DNA from: Lentisphaeria bacterium
Lineage (GTDB): Bacteria; Verrucomicrobiota; Lentisphaeria; Oligosphaerales; MVZH01
DNA length: 64,000 nt
Assembly (NCBI GenBank): GCA_032251435.1
Contig: JAVVEH010000024.1
Span: 1,919 to 65,918 of the forward strand
Direction: 5' to 3'
How positions within the stretch are numbered: position 1 is the stretch's first letter; every line of letters starts with the position of its first letter. Made by a program: the position numbers and the translations under genes. This document shows, piece after piece, positions 40,860 through 49,416 of this stretch. The notes below the pieces were generated by a model. The model was not told the origin of the DNA and searched no databases. It was given only the letters and a program-made list of their open reading frames with translations.

Positions 40860-41309
40860 ATGAAATATACAGAAACGAGACTGGGACGGGTGTTTGTCAT
40901 CCGTCTGGAAAATGGCGATATTTTGCACGAGTGTGTTGAGACATTCGCCGCGACGCGCGGGGTGCGGGCCGGAGCGCTGCTGGCCGTCGGCGGGGTGGAT
41001 GGAGGAAGCCGATTGGTTGTCGGCCCGGAAGACGGGGAGGCCCGGCCGGTGGTTCCGATGGAGCAGGTGCTGACGGCGGCGCATGAGGCGGCCGGGGTGG
41101 GCACGCTTTTCCCGGATGAGGACGGCACGCCCATCCTGCATATGCATGCGGCCTGCGGACGGGAAAACCAAACGGTCACCGGCTGCGCGCGCCGGGGCGT
41201 GCGCGTGTGGCAGGTGCTGGAACTGATATTGATTGAATTGGCTGATACTGGAAGCATACGCAAGATGGATCCCGCGACCGGGTTCAAATTACTCGAACCT
41301 GAAGGATGA
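40860..41309 (+). CDS. PPC domain (DUF296) protein
   Basis: GRVFVIRLENG, GVGTLF, HMHAACG. Confidence 0.88.
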   Translation: MKYTETRLGRVFVIRLENGDILHECVETFAATRGVRAGALLAVGGVDGGSRLVVGPEDGEARPVVPMEQVLTAAHEAAGVGTLFPDEDGTPILHMHAACGRENQTVTGCARRGVRVWQVLELILIELADTGSIRKMDPATGFKLLEPEG

Positions 41310-41767
41310 CGAGGGTGCATATCTATATTGACGCGGACGCCTGTCCGGTTAAGGAGGAAGTCTATCGGGTCGCCCGGCGCTATGGGCTTGAGGTCACCTT
41401 GGTGGCGAATGCTTACTTGCGGATTCCGCGGGAGGACTGGGCGCGTCTTAAACTTGTTCCGGCGGGCCCTGACGAGGCGGATGACTGGATCGCGGAGTCC
41501 GCGGTCACCGGGGATATTGTCGTGACGGCCGATATTCCCCTGGCGGCCCGCTGCGTCAAAAAAGGGGCGTATGTTTTGAGTCCCAAAGGGAAGATGTTTA
41601 CCGAAAATGATATTGGCATGACACTGGCCACACGCAATTTACTCAGTGATCTTCGGGACCTGGGTGAGATCACCGGCGGGCCGCCGCCGTTTCAACCGCG
41701 TGACCGATCGCGGTTTCTCCAGCAGCTGGATAAGATCATTCAAAAGGCGGGAAGGCCCCACGGATGA
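41306..41767 (+). CDS. YaiI/YqxD (UPF0178) family protein
   Basis: IYIDADACPVKEE, DEADDWI, VTADIPLA, GGPPPF. Confidence 0.92.
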   Translation: MTRVHIYIDADACPVKEEVYRVARRYGLEVTLVANAYLRIPREDWARLKLVPAGPDEADDWIAESAVTGDIVVTADIPLAARCVKKGAYVLSPKGKMFTENDIGMTLATRNLLSDLRDLGEITGGPPPFQPRDRSRFLQQLDKIIQKAGRPHG

Positions 41768-41921
41768 AGACGAATGGACACGGATGAAACAGGCGCGCCC
41801 TCAGCCATCCGGGGCGCTTGTAGGGTGGTGCCGCATGAGTCCCGTTTCGCATGACAACGCGGGCACGGGATAGGGAGTTAAAGTCCCCTTTAGCCGATTA
41901 TTTTTCTTATCTCAATTATTT

Positions 41922-41945
41922 CAATAGGGACGTTGTTGCATAACC
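41922..41945. repeat. 24-bp direct repeat (copy 1), element-end-like
   Basis: CAATAGGGACGTTGTTGCATAACC, identical copy at 42781-42804. Confidence 0.85.
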
Positions 41946-42049
41946 AAATTTTTAAGTACGCTTCTTTTTTGCAGTATTTATGACATTTATGTTTGTAAGT
42001 AAAGACTTTCTGCACCAACGGCCCCATTTTATCCAGTTCTGATATCTCT

Positions 42050-42107
42050 TGCCAACGTGCTCTTCACCGGCTGAGGCGCGAAGTCCGGTGCAAGAGGCTG
42101 GTTCAAA
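42050..42107 (-). other. Integron attC site (58 bp) of the BrnTA cassette
   Basis: Minus strand R'' TTTGAAC, L'' CTCTT(G)CACCGG pairing with CCGGTGAAGAG (extrahelical G), R' GTTGGCA; R'' is exactly complementary to GTTCAAA at the cassette start (42731-42737). Confidence 0.85.
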
Positions 42108-42114
42108 GATTGGT

Positions 42115-42384
42115 TTACAGAGAATGCTGCAGCTCGGAACGGAGACGCTCGGCGAGGAACATTTTCACCAGACTCTGATAGGGAACATCCTGCTTGTGAG
42201 CAAGCAACTTCAGTTGCTCCAGCATCGATTCCGGCAAACGCAATGAAATGCTTTTGGTAGACGGTTTGAGTTCTGGGAGAACCAAAGGCTCAGCCTCGGA
42301 CCAATTCACATATTCTGTGGAATCGTGAGTCTGCCAGAAACGGCGTTCTTCCGCTTCATTTTTGAATGTCGGTAGTCTTTTCAT
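42115..42384 (-). CDS. brnA: BrnA/CopG-type antitoxin
   Basis: PTFKNEAEERRFWQTHDS...KSISLRL...DVPYQSLVK; overlaps the toxin stop (ATGA). Confidence 0.88.
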   Translation of the reverse strand: MKRLPTFKNEAEERRFWQTHDSTEYVNWSEAEPLVLPELKPSTKSISLRLPESMLEQLKLLAHKQDVPYQSLVKMFLAERLRSELQHSL

Positions 42385-42683
42385 GATTCGTATTGCTCCG
42401 CTTCGTGTTGAGTCATGTCGCGGGCGGATATGACACGGATAAGTTTACCTCTGACGATGAAGCAAACAAACAGCAATCGATCAGCATCCGTTCTACCCAG
42501 AGCAAAATACCTGGTTTCAAATGAAGAATGTCCTCGATCGCGTTTCACTATCAAAGGTTGGTTGAAGAAAACCTGCTCGCATTCTGCTTGGGAAACATCA
42601 TGCCGGTCCCAGTTCTTGGTGGCATTTCCTGAATCCCATTGGAATCCGGTACATGAATGCAGTCTGTCTTTCGGCTTGACCAT
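42381..42683 (-). CDS. brnT: BrnT family toxin
   Basis: GFQWDSGN..KN..H.V, ETRYFALG, IRVISARDM. Confidence 0.92.
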   Translation of the reverse strand: MVKPKDRLHSCTGFQWDSGNATKNWDRHDVSQAECEQVFFNQPLIVKRDRGHSSFETRYFALGRTDADRLLFVCFIVRGKLIRVISARDMTQHEAEQYES

Positions 42684-42689
42684 GCCCTT

Positions 42690-42717
42690 AGTATATCTTT
42701 AAAATATACAAAATCAA
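42690..42717 (-). promoter_or_regulatory. BrnTA promoter with overlapping operator
   Basis: TTGATT-N16-TATACT ending 6 nt before the ATG; near-palindrome GTATATCTTTAAAATATAC at 42691-42709. Confidence 0.6.
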
Positions 42718-42780
42718 ATTACTTGCGGGATTTGAACGACGGGGTCTGGGGCTGGCTTTAGCGTTGCAATAGGGTCGTTG

Positions 42781-42804
42781 CAATAGGGACGTTGTTGCAT
42801 AACC
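42781..42804. repeat. 24-bp direct repeat (copy 2) with a stuttered 14-bp junction
   Basis: Identical to 41922-41945; preceded by CGTTGCAATAGGG(T/A) x2 (42762-42789). Confidence 0.85.
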
Positions 42805-42964
42805 TTCAAACCGCCTGGAAAAAGGCTGATGGCCACAAAAAGGCACAAAAAAACAATAACTTCCTGTCGGAGGCCCCGGAATCGATCACGATTACGACAA
42901 CCGTTCGGACCGTTCCGGTCCTCACTGACAACGACAACGACACAAAATCGAGAGCATCGCGCCA

Positions 42965-43105
42965 TCAGGCGCTCAAGTCATTTCTGGGCCAACGTCGAAT
43001 AACCCAAGCTGCTTTTTGAGCATCCTTAGCCGAAAGAGCATCCAAAAACTCCTCAACGGGGGTTTTCCCCGCACATGTTTTGTAGAATATGACTTCTCTG
43101 ACCAT
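42965..43105 (-). pseudogene. Truncated RelE/HigB (Gp49-like) toxin from a TA cassette
   Basis: MVREVIFYKTCAGKTPVEEFLDALSAKDAQKAAWVI, then unrelated sequence from a GTTGGCC site; upstream IR GTTAAC-N6-GTTAAC. Confidence 0.72.
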
Positions 43106-43162
43106 GATGGAAACAAGTTAACGCCCATGTTAACATTTCCAAGTTAAGTATGACAATTTCTG

Positions 43163-43221
43163 GGCGAACGTCATGATCTGGGGCCGACGATAGGAGCTCC
43201 CTTAGCATCTGTTTGTTGGTT
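43163..43221 (-). other. Integron attC site (59 bp)
   Basis: R'' AACCAAC, L'' GAT(G)CT pairing with L' AGATC, R' GTTCGCC; overlaps the stop of the upstream ORF. Confidence 0.8.
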
Positions 43222-44221
43222 TCGTTGCTTTAGGCAGGACGAGATGTAGCGACAATGGAGTGCCCATAAATGCTAAGATAAGCGCATCTAGGATCCACAT
43301 GCCAGCACAGTAATCGCTCTCAACATAGATATTAAAAAGAGGCAGAAAGATCAAAATGAGGGCAGTACAAGCCCAATATACGAAACTGATTGTCCTGACG
43401 GGTAAACGTCCGACCGCGCAAAGTATGTAGGTACCTCCAATCAGATAAAGGACCATCAATTTCATGCCAAAAGACATAGTGTAAAAACAATATGTTTCTG
43501 GCAAAATATCTATGCACGCAATGAGTGCCAAACTGATAGCTCCCAACCCAATGATGCCTGCAATGATTCTTCCCGGTAATCGCATTCTCACTCCTGGTTG
43601 TTTATCTGTTTCAGTCAAAGGTCTGAAGACCTCAAACTTACACCAGATCCCGATAGAAATGAAGCCTACAGCAGCAATGACAGCCAATGCGACGATCAAA
43701 TCGACGCGGTCAACTATCACGAATAGGTCTCCGAAAACTGTGAGCAGGATAAGGGCGGCCCAGACGATGGCCATGGCCGCAATCTTCAAGACGTAGTTTG
43801 CCGTTGTCATCAATATCTCTTCCCGACATGGGTGCCTACCAGATTCAGCAGCAGCCGAGTTCCGGGTCGGAGGACTGGCTGGTTGTGGTTCCGGTGCCAC
43901 TTTCCTCGAAAGCTCGAGAACAGCGAGAAAGGTCCCGCCTCCTGTGACGAAGGTTCCTAGACCTGAAACAAACACAGACCAAGGATCAATCCAATGCACA
44001 ATGGCAGAACTGCCAAAGACCGAATCAACCCCTAATTGCCTCAGAATATTCAAAAAAGTTGTGAACAGAATATAACAGGGCATCATTGCAGCCCCCACAA
44101 GGAGAGCTATTCCAGCCCGGAGGCATTTTCTGCGGATGATTAATACGCAACCTCCTATTCCCGTAAGAGCTATGCCCCCCAGCATCAAAAACTTCCATAC
44201 AGTCATCATTATTGTGATCAT
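43202..44221 (-). CDS. Cassette-borne multi-TM hypothetical protein (possibly two fused genes)
   Basis: Hydrophobic, AT-rich ORF between attC sites; internal Pro-rich linker followed by GGAAGAG plus an internal ATG (MTTANY). The track start at 44239 lies in the attC core. Confidence 0.65.
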   Translation of the reverse strand: MITIMMTVWKFLMLGGIALTGIGGCVLIIRRKCLRAGIALLVGAAMMPCYILFTTFLNILRQLGVDSVFGSSAIVHWIDPWSVFVSGLGTFVTGGGTFLAVLELSRKVAPEPQPASPPTRNSAAAESGRHPCREEILMTTANYVLKIAAMAIVWAALILLTVFGDLFVIVDRVDLIVALAVIAAVGFISIGIWCKFEVFRPLTETDKQPGVRMRLPGRIIAGIIGLGAISLALIACIDILPETYCFYTMSFGMKLMVLYLIGGTYILCAVGRLPVRTISFVYWACTALILIFLPLFNIYVESDYCAGMWILDALILAFMGTPLSLHLVLPKATKPTNRC

Positions 44222-44233
44222 TAAGTTATTCTT

Positions 44234-44302
44234 ATCCAACGTGTGCCTCTGGGGCTCTTTGGAGCGGAGCGGAAAAGAGTCCCTAGCAGGCTTTTGTTGC
44301 TT
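44234..44302 (-). other. Integron attC site (69 bp)
   Basis: R'' AAGCAAC, L'' CCT(G)CT pairing with AGAGG, stem GGGACTCTTT/AAAGAGCCCC, R' GTTGGAT. Confidence 0.87.
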
Positions 44303-44711
44303 GAATGTTCTTTGGCTGGTGTGCCAGAAACAATACTAAATCTTTAACAGTGAGTACCTCACCGTAGAAAGGATTGCCTTCAACACTATCCATATTAATG
44401 TCAAGATCATCGGCCACTTCTAAACAGATATCATACATGTCCTCGTCACACATATTGAGGGTTTTATAAAAGTCGTCGTCTGCTTTTACTGGGAATGGCC
44501 TGTCATCAATTTCTCCTATCCACTCCTGAACAGTTTCGAATACGGCACGCATTATCCTTGTGTCTACGTTGCGGTAGTCGAAGGAGCGAGCATAAGCACA
44601 AATATTTACAGGACCTCTGCTCACAGCAATTCGCCTCATCCGATGCTGCTCAATTTCAGAAGCAATGGCAAACAGTGCGAAGAAACCAAGAATTGTATAG
44701 AGCAAAATCAT
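44283..44711 (-). CDS. Cassette hypothetical protein (N-terminal TM, acidic ACP-like C-terminus)
   Basis: 142 aa; ends TVKDLVLFL; stop inside the attC. Confidence 0.7.
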   Translation of the reverse strand: MILLYTILGFFALFAIASEIEQHRMRRIAVSRGPVNICAYARSFDYRNVDTRIMRAVFETVQEWIGEIDDRPFPVKADDDFYKTLNMCDEDMYDICLEVADDLDINMDSVEGNPFYGEVLTVKDLVLFLAHQPKNIQATKAC

Positions 44712-44716
44712 ATTTT

Positions 44717-44786
44717 TCTGTGCGTGCTGATGAGGGGCTTGGCAGCCGCTGCTGATGCCAAGTCCCTCTCCATTATTTTGTTCGAC
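44717..44786 (-). other. attC site with destroyed R' core
   Basis: R'' GTCGAAC, L'' ATG(G)AG pairing with CTCAT, stem GGGACTTGGCA/TGCCAAGCCCC; the R' position reads GCACAGA instead of GTTRRRY. Confidence 0.75.
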
Positions 44787-45048
44787 CTAAATTCGGATTC
44801 AGGGAGGAGTGGTTAATAAGCCAATATGCTGTTGCCACAAAGACTCCCCCAATCAATGTGGCAAAAAACCAGATAACCGGACCAGGTCCGAAAGACTTCT
44901 CCCCCAGACGACGCAAATGGTAGCAATCGCGAAATACGTGAATCGCAAAAAAGAAATGAATCAGCAATGTGACACCTGCAATTACGGCCCACATGATAAA
45001 CATGGGAAGCCCGTTACCTGCTATCGTTGGCATGGAAATATTGAACAT
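44773..45048 (-). CDS. Cassette small membrane protein
   Basis: 91 aa, two TM segments (W.FATLIGG...AYWLIN); cassette start GTTCGAG matches its R'' GTCGAAC at 6/7. Confidence 0.72.
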   Translation of the reverse strand: MFNISMPTIAGNGLPMFIMWAVIAGVTLLIHFFFAIHVFRDCYHLRRLGEKSFGPGPVIWFFATLIGGVFVATAYWLINHSSLNPNLGRTK

Positions 45049-45059
45049 CTATTCTTCTC

Positions 45060-45104
45060 CTCGAACGTTATGATCTGGGGTCCCTCAGCATCAATTGGTT
45101 CTTT
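45060..45104 (-). other. Very short attC site (45 bp)
   Basis: AAAGAAC-CAATT-GAT(G)CT-GAGGGACCCC-AGATC-ATAAC-GTTCGAG; right half nearly identical to the attC at 43163. Confidence 0.75.
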
Positions 45105-45144
45105 ATTCCTCCAGTGCCAGTCCTGCTTTAGGACAGAAATGATC

Positions 45145-45318
45145 CTAAAACAGTAATACAATGCCGATTATTTGGACCCCAAATGGTTTTGAGGCAACTC
45201 TCCAGTGTATTATGAGGAAAAACACTTCAACAAAAGGAATAAACAGAACCCCAAGGCCCCACAAAAGACTTTCACGAAAACTTTCAACTATGAACCATAT
45301 GCCACCGAATAAGAAACC
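45145..45318 (-). pseudogene. 5'-truncated cassette membrane-protein gene
   Basis: GFLFGGIWFIVESFRESLLWGLGVLFIPFV..F.IIHW..ASKPF without a credible start; upstream of the first attC. Confidence 0.6.
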
Positions 45319-45419
45319 GTTTTCTCGTGCCTTTTCCCTCCTAAGGCGGGCAGGCAGTGGCATACATTCTTCTGGTTTTAATGAAGAGTTACCGGATCAC
45401 AATTAATTGTATGTATTCT

Positions 45420-46826
45420 TTATTCGGGAAGAAACGGGAGCGTCGCGGCGGCCGCGGCTTGTCCATGCCGACGGGTCTGCTCATCGGGAACTGTGAACGT
45501 GATGTGTTCGGCCAGGTCCGGAAAGTCGAGTTTGAGGCAGTCTGTCGCTTGCTTGATGATGATGTCCCCGCCGGGTCCGGACATGACCCGCCCCAGGAGC
45601 ATAATTTGGCGCAGGTCATAGAAAGAGGCGTAATGCGCCGCGGCGTGCCCCAGATAACAGCCAATGGTTTCGTAGACACGTTCCGCGCGGGGATCGTTTT
45701 GACGCATCAAATCCTGGACGAAAACAAGTCGCTCCGGCAGCGGGGTGTCCGGTTCGACCGGGATCCCCGCCGCGGGGAGCAGGCGCCCCACGGCCTGCTG
45801 GGATAGATACTGGACTCCGCATCCATGGTCACCGGACCATTCATCCTCCGGGGCGTCTTCACGGTAGTCGATGGGGGCGAAGGCGAGTTCATTGAGCCAG
45901 TTGGTGATCTTTCTTTCCGCGTCGCAATACCCCACCGCCTCGCTGGTCCCCATGGCCAGACCGAGAAGCGCCCCGGAATTCCCCGCCATGGATCCGGCCA
46001 GAGCGGTGACTTCACCGTCGTTGATGACCTCAAAGGGAACCCCCCATTCGGCGGCGATTTTGAGAAAAATAGGCTCGACATCGCTTTTGAATTGGTGTTC
46101 CGGAATGCCCCGGAACAGTGAGGCGATTTTAACCCGGTTGTTGATATACACACCGGCGGCGCTCCCGCCGATGGCGTCCACGCGGGGCAAACGCTCCGCC
46201 GCCCGGCGGATTGAATCCATAATTCCCTGGTAATGGTAGCTCACATCCGATTGAAAATAGGGATTCCAGGCGATTTCCTCGGAATACACCAGCTCTCCGT
46301 CGATCAACGCGGCGCACTTCCGATCGCTGCCGCCCAAATCAAAGCCCACCCGGCAGCCATTGGTGTAGCCGCCGATGGCCGCCGCGTGGGACGGGGCCGC
46401 GGACGCTTCGCCGGGAGTCCCTGGTGAGACGCGGAACGGCGCGCCGAATATTTTATCGCCCATTAAAGCCGAGTCAAATTCCCGCGTGCCGTCCGGGCTG
46501 TACATACGTGACATCTCTCCGACGAGGGAGTCGGCTCCGTCAATAAACACCTCATTTCCTCCTTGTTGCCAGAGCATGAACTTGAGAGTCCGCTCCAAGG
46601 CGCGGAGATTCAGCGTGTGGTTCGTTGGCGTGTCCTCTAAAAGGGTTAGCACGCGGCGCGTGCGGGAGCCGTCCGGCCGACACAGGTGAAGGGTCACCGG
46701 CGCGGCTTTTCCCGAGGCGTGAGCGCGGGTCTCAAACCATCGATGCCAGAGAGCGGCGGAGATAAAACCTGGATCCAGAGGGGGGAGGCATGTTGACGTG
46801 AACGGGGTCATCATTATTCGATACAT
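45420..46826 (-). CDS. ROK family sugar kinase/regulator
   Basis: GFDLGGSDRK, GGSAAG, VINDGEVTALAG, GTSEAVG; divergent from the nag genes. Confidence 0.85.
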   Translation of the reverse strand: MYRIMMTPFTSTCLPPLDPGFISAALWHRWFETRAHASGKAAPVTLHLCRPDGSRTRRVLTLLEDTPTNHTLNLRALERTLKFMLWQQGGNEVFIDGADSLVGEMSRMYSPDGTREFDSALMGDKIFGAPFRVSPGTPGEASAAPSHAAAIGGYTNGCRVGFDLGGSDRKCAALIDGELVYSEEIAWNPYFQSDVSYHYQGIMDSIRRAAERLPRVDAIGGSAAGVYINNRVKIASLFRGIPEHQFKSDVEPIFLKIAAEWGVPFEVINDGEVTALAGSMAGNSGALLGLAMGTSEAVGYCDAERKITNWLNELAFAPIDYREDAPEDEWSGDHGCGVQYLSQQAVGRLLPAAGIPVEPDTPLPERLVFVQDLMRQNDPRAERVYETIGCYLGHAAAHYASFYDLRQIMLLGRVMSGPGGDIIIKQATDCLKLDFPDLAEHITFTVPDEQTRRHGQAAAAATLPFLPE

Positions 46827-46834
46827 TTAACCTG

Positions 46835-46886
46835 TTGACTGGTGGAAAACGAGTCTATAGCATATATTGTGCTTCGCGTTCGTCAA
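46835..46886. promoter_or_regulatory. Overlapping divergent sigma70-like promoters
   Basis: Plus strand TTGACT-N17-TAGCAT (46835-46863); minus strand TTGACG-N16-TATGCT (46886-46859). Confidence 0.55.
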
Positions 46887-47062
46887 GGCGGGGAAATGGC
46901 TTGGCTGGCGCTGATTTCCCGGGGCCCGCCCGGTCGGCGGAACAATCAGCCCCGCCCGCGTGGCTGACATGCCCTGTTAATCATGCGGATTCACACCCCG
47001 CCATCCGCACGTGAAAACGGACGCGTGGCGTTTGTAAACGGGCCTTCAGTAAGGAATTTCAG

Positions 47063-47929
47063 ATGAGTCATTCCTATTTGACCTATGTGCGGGAATTGTC
47101 CGCCAGCCGGTCCCAGGCGGGCACGGCGTGTGTGGATGTTCCCTCCGCGGCGGCCGCGGCCGATGTCACGCTTTCGCCAGACGCGCCGGTGGCGCTCCTT
47201 TTTTCGCCCCATCCGGATGATGAATGCATCACCGGCGCGTTGCCGTTGATCGCGCGTCGGCAGGGATGGCGTGTGGTGAATGTGGCGGTGACTCTGGGCA
47301 GTCGGCAAGATCGGCGGGCCGGGCGGCTGGAAGAACTGGCGAACGCCTGCGCTTATCTCGGATTTGCGTTGGAGACTGTGTCTCCGGAGGGTTTGGAGGG
47401 GATCAATCTGAAGGGCAAACAGGAGCGCCCCGATAACTGGGCCGCCGCGGTGTCCGCAGTCGTGGATGTTATTCTCCGCTATCGGCCCGCCATGCTGTTT
47501 TTTCCCCATGAGAAAGACTGGAACAGCACCCATATTGGCACTAACGCTTTGGTGATGGACGCGTTGCACGCGGACACCGCGATTGACCCTGTCCACTTGG
47601 TGGAAACGGAATTCTGGGGGGCGATGGATGATCCGAACCTGATGGTGGAATCGTCTCCCGAAGACGTGGCCGATCTGGTGGCCGCCACCAGTCTGCACGC
47701 GGGCGAAGTGGCCCGAAATCCCTATCACCTCACACTTCCCTTCTGGATGGTGGATAATGTCCGCCGGGGCGGGGAAATTGTCGGCGGCCAAGGCGAACAA
47801 GCGCCATCTTTTGAGTACGCCACCTTGTACCGGATCAGCCGCTGGGAGAAGGGTGAGAAAATCAGTGTTCAACCGAAAAACCGCTTTATTGACATTCACA
47901 AAACCGTTGCGGACATCACAGGAGATTAG
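47063..47929 (+). CDS. PIG-L/LmbE family N-acetylglucosamine deacetylase
   Basis: FSPHPDDEC, R..E, PHEKDWNSTH. Confidence 0.87.
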   Translation: MSHSYLTYVRELSASRSQAGTACVDVPSAAAAADVTLSPDAPVALLFSPHPDDECITGALPLIARRQGWRVVNVAVTLGSRQDRRAGRLEELANACAYLGFALETVSPEGLEGINLKGKQERPDNWAAAVSAVVDVILRYRPAMLFFPHEKDWNSTHIGTNALVMDALHADTAIDPVHLVETEFWGAMDDPNLMVESSPEDVADLVAATSLHAGEVARNPYHLTLPFWMVDNVRRGGEIVGGQGEQAPSFEYATLYRISRWEKGEKISVQPKNRFIDIHKTVADITGD

Positions 47930-47931
47930 CG

Positions 47932-48714
47932 ATGGAAATTATTATTCAGGACCGCGCCGCGGCCAGCGCGACCGGCGCGGCGATCATCGCCCGGTTAGTG
48001 AGAAAAAAGCCGAACGCCGTATTGGGGTTGGCCACGGGCAGCACGCCTTTGCCACTGTATCAAGAACTGATTCGATTGCACCGTGAAGAGGGACTCGACT
48101 TTTCTCACGTGACCACGTTTAATTTGGACGAATATGTCGGCCTGGCTCCGGATCACCCGGCTTCTTACAACGCCTTCATGCGGGAAAACCTGTTTGATCA
48201 CCTCAACATTCCGGAATCGTCCATCCATATCCCGGATGGGCTGGCGAAAGATATCCCGGCGCATTGCCAGGCGTATGAAGATCAGATTCAAGCGGCCGGT
48301 GGTATTGACTTGCAGGTGCTGGGCATCGGGAGCGACGGGCATATCGGCTTTAACGAACCGACATCCTCACTGGTTTCCCGCACCCGGATCAAGACCCTGA
48401 CCGAAGAAACCCGCCAGGACAACGCGCGGTTCTTCTCCAGCATAGACGATGTTCCTTATCACGTTCTTACGATGGGGGTGGGAACAGTGATGGATAGCCG
48501 GGTGTGTTTGATGCTGGCTTTTGGCGAACAGAAAGCGGCGGGTGTCGCCGCCATGGTGGAAGGGCCGATTTCCGCCTCAATTCCCGCCACCGCCCTCCAA
48601 ATGCACCAGCATGTCCATGTGTTGGTGGACACCGCCGCCGCCGCCAAACTGAAAGGCAAAGACTACTACCAATACGTGTATGATCACAAACCCGACTGGC
48701 AGCGGCTGACATGA
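47932..48714 (+). CDS. nagB: Glucosamine-6-phosphate deaminase
   Basis: LGLATGSTP, TFNLDEYVG, GIGSDGHIGFNEP, NARFF. Confidence 0.96.
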   Translation: MEIIIQDRAAASATGAAIIARLVRKKPNAVLGLATGSTPLPLYQELIRLHREEGLDFSHVTTFNLDEYVGLAPDHPASYNAFMRENLFDHLNIPESSIHIPDGLAKDIPAHCQAYEDQIQAAGGIDLQVLGIGSDGHIGFNEPTSSLVSRTRIKTLTEETRQDNARFFSSIDDVPYHVLTMGVGTVMDSRVCLMLAFGEQKAAGVAAMVEGPISASIPATALQMHQHVHVLVDTAAAAKLKGKDYYQYVYDHKPDWQRLT

Positions 48715-49373
48715 CGATAGCCAGCCGGTCATCCTACTTGTCCGACAGTGTCGGCATCCTCAAAACCCATTGGCCGAAAAACCGCGCGGTCAACATTGTC
48801 TGTCACGGACACAGTGTCCCGGCCGGTTATTTCGCCACACCGATGGTGGATTCGATGAACGCTTACCCCCATCTGCTGTATGTCGGACTCAAACATCGTT
48901 TCCCTTTCGCCGTCATCAATGTGATCGTCACGGCTACAGGGGGAGAAAACTCCGAAGCGGGGGCGGATCGATTCGAACGGGAGGTGCTTTGCCACCGCCC
49001 GGATGTTGTGACGATTGATTATGGACTGAACGACCGGGGCATCGGACTTGAGAGAGCCCGGACCGCCTGGTCGCGGATGATCAAGACCGCCCGCGCGGCG
49101 GACATTAAGGTGATCCTGCTCACCCCGACACCTGATATGACACAATCGCCGACGTATAAAGGAGAGGACAAGGCTTTGCTCGGGGCTCATGCGGATCAAA
49201 TCCGGACGCTGGCCGCCGACCATGGCGTTGGCCTGGCGGACAGTTTCCGGGCCTGTTTAGACTACAGCTCCACAGCGGATTTGTCGGATATTCTGTCTTG
49301 GAGCAACCATCCGAACCGGACCGGGCACGAACTTGTCGCCCGGGAACTTCTGCGCTGGTTTCCCGCTGGATAA
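48711..49373 (+). CDS. SGNH/GDSL hydrolase family protein
   Basis: GHSV block I, GGENS, YGLND, NHPN..GH. Confidence 0.85.
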   Translation: MTIASRSSYLSDSVGILKTHWPKNRAVNIVCHGHSVPAGYFATPMVDSMNAYPHLLYVGLKHRFPFAVINVIVTATGGENSEAGADRFEREVLCHRPDVVTIDYGLNDRGIGLERARTAWSRMIKTARAADIKVILLTPTPDMTQSPTYKGEDKALLGAHADQIRTLAADHGVGLADSFRACLDYSSTADLSDILSWSNHPNRTGHELVARELLRWFPAG

Positions 49374-49416
49374 ACGAGAAACGAGACTTATTTTCGTGAA
49401 AGTGGACGCGCGCGTC

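Noticed and set aside
39681..42804. CRISPR array from the direct repeats
   Set aside because: Each repeat occurs only twice, either tandem or 859 bp apart; no spacer pattern and no cas genes.
42830..42950. Coding ORFs 42714-42965 and 42792-43019
   Set aside because: Composed of low-complexity repeats (CACAAAAA and ACGACA units); more likely non-coding repeat debris.
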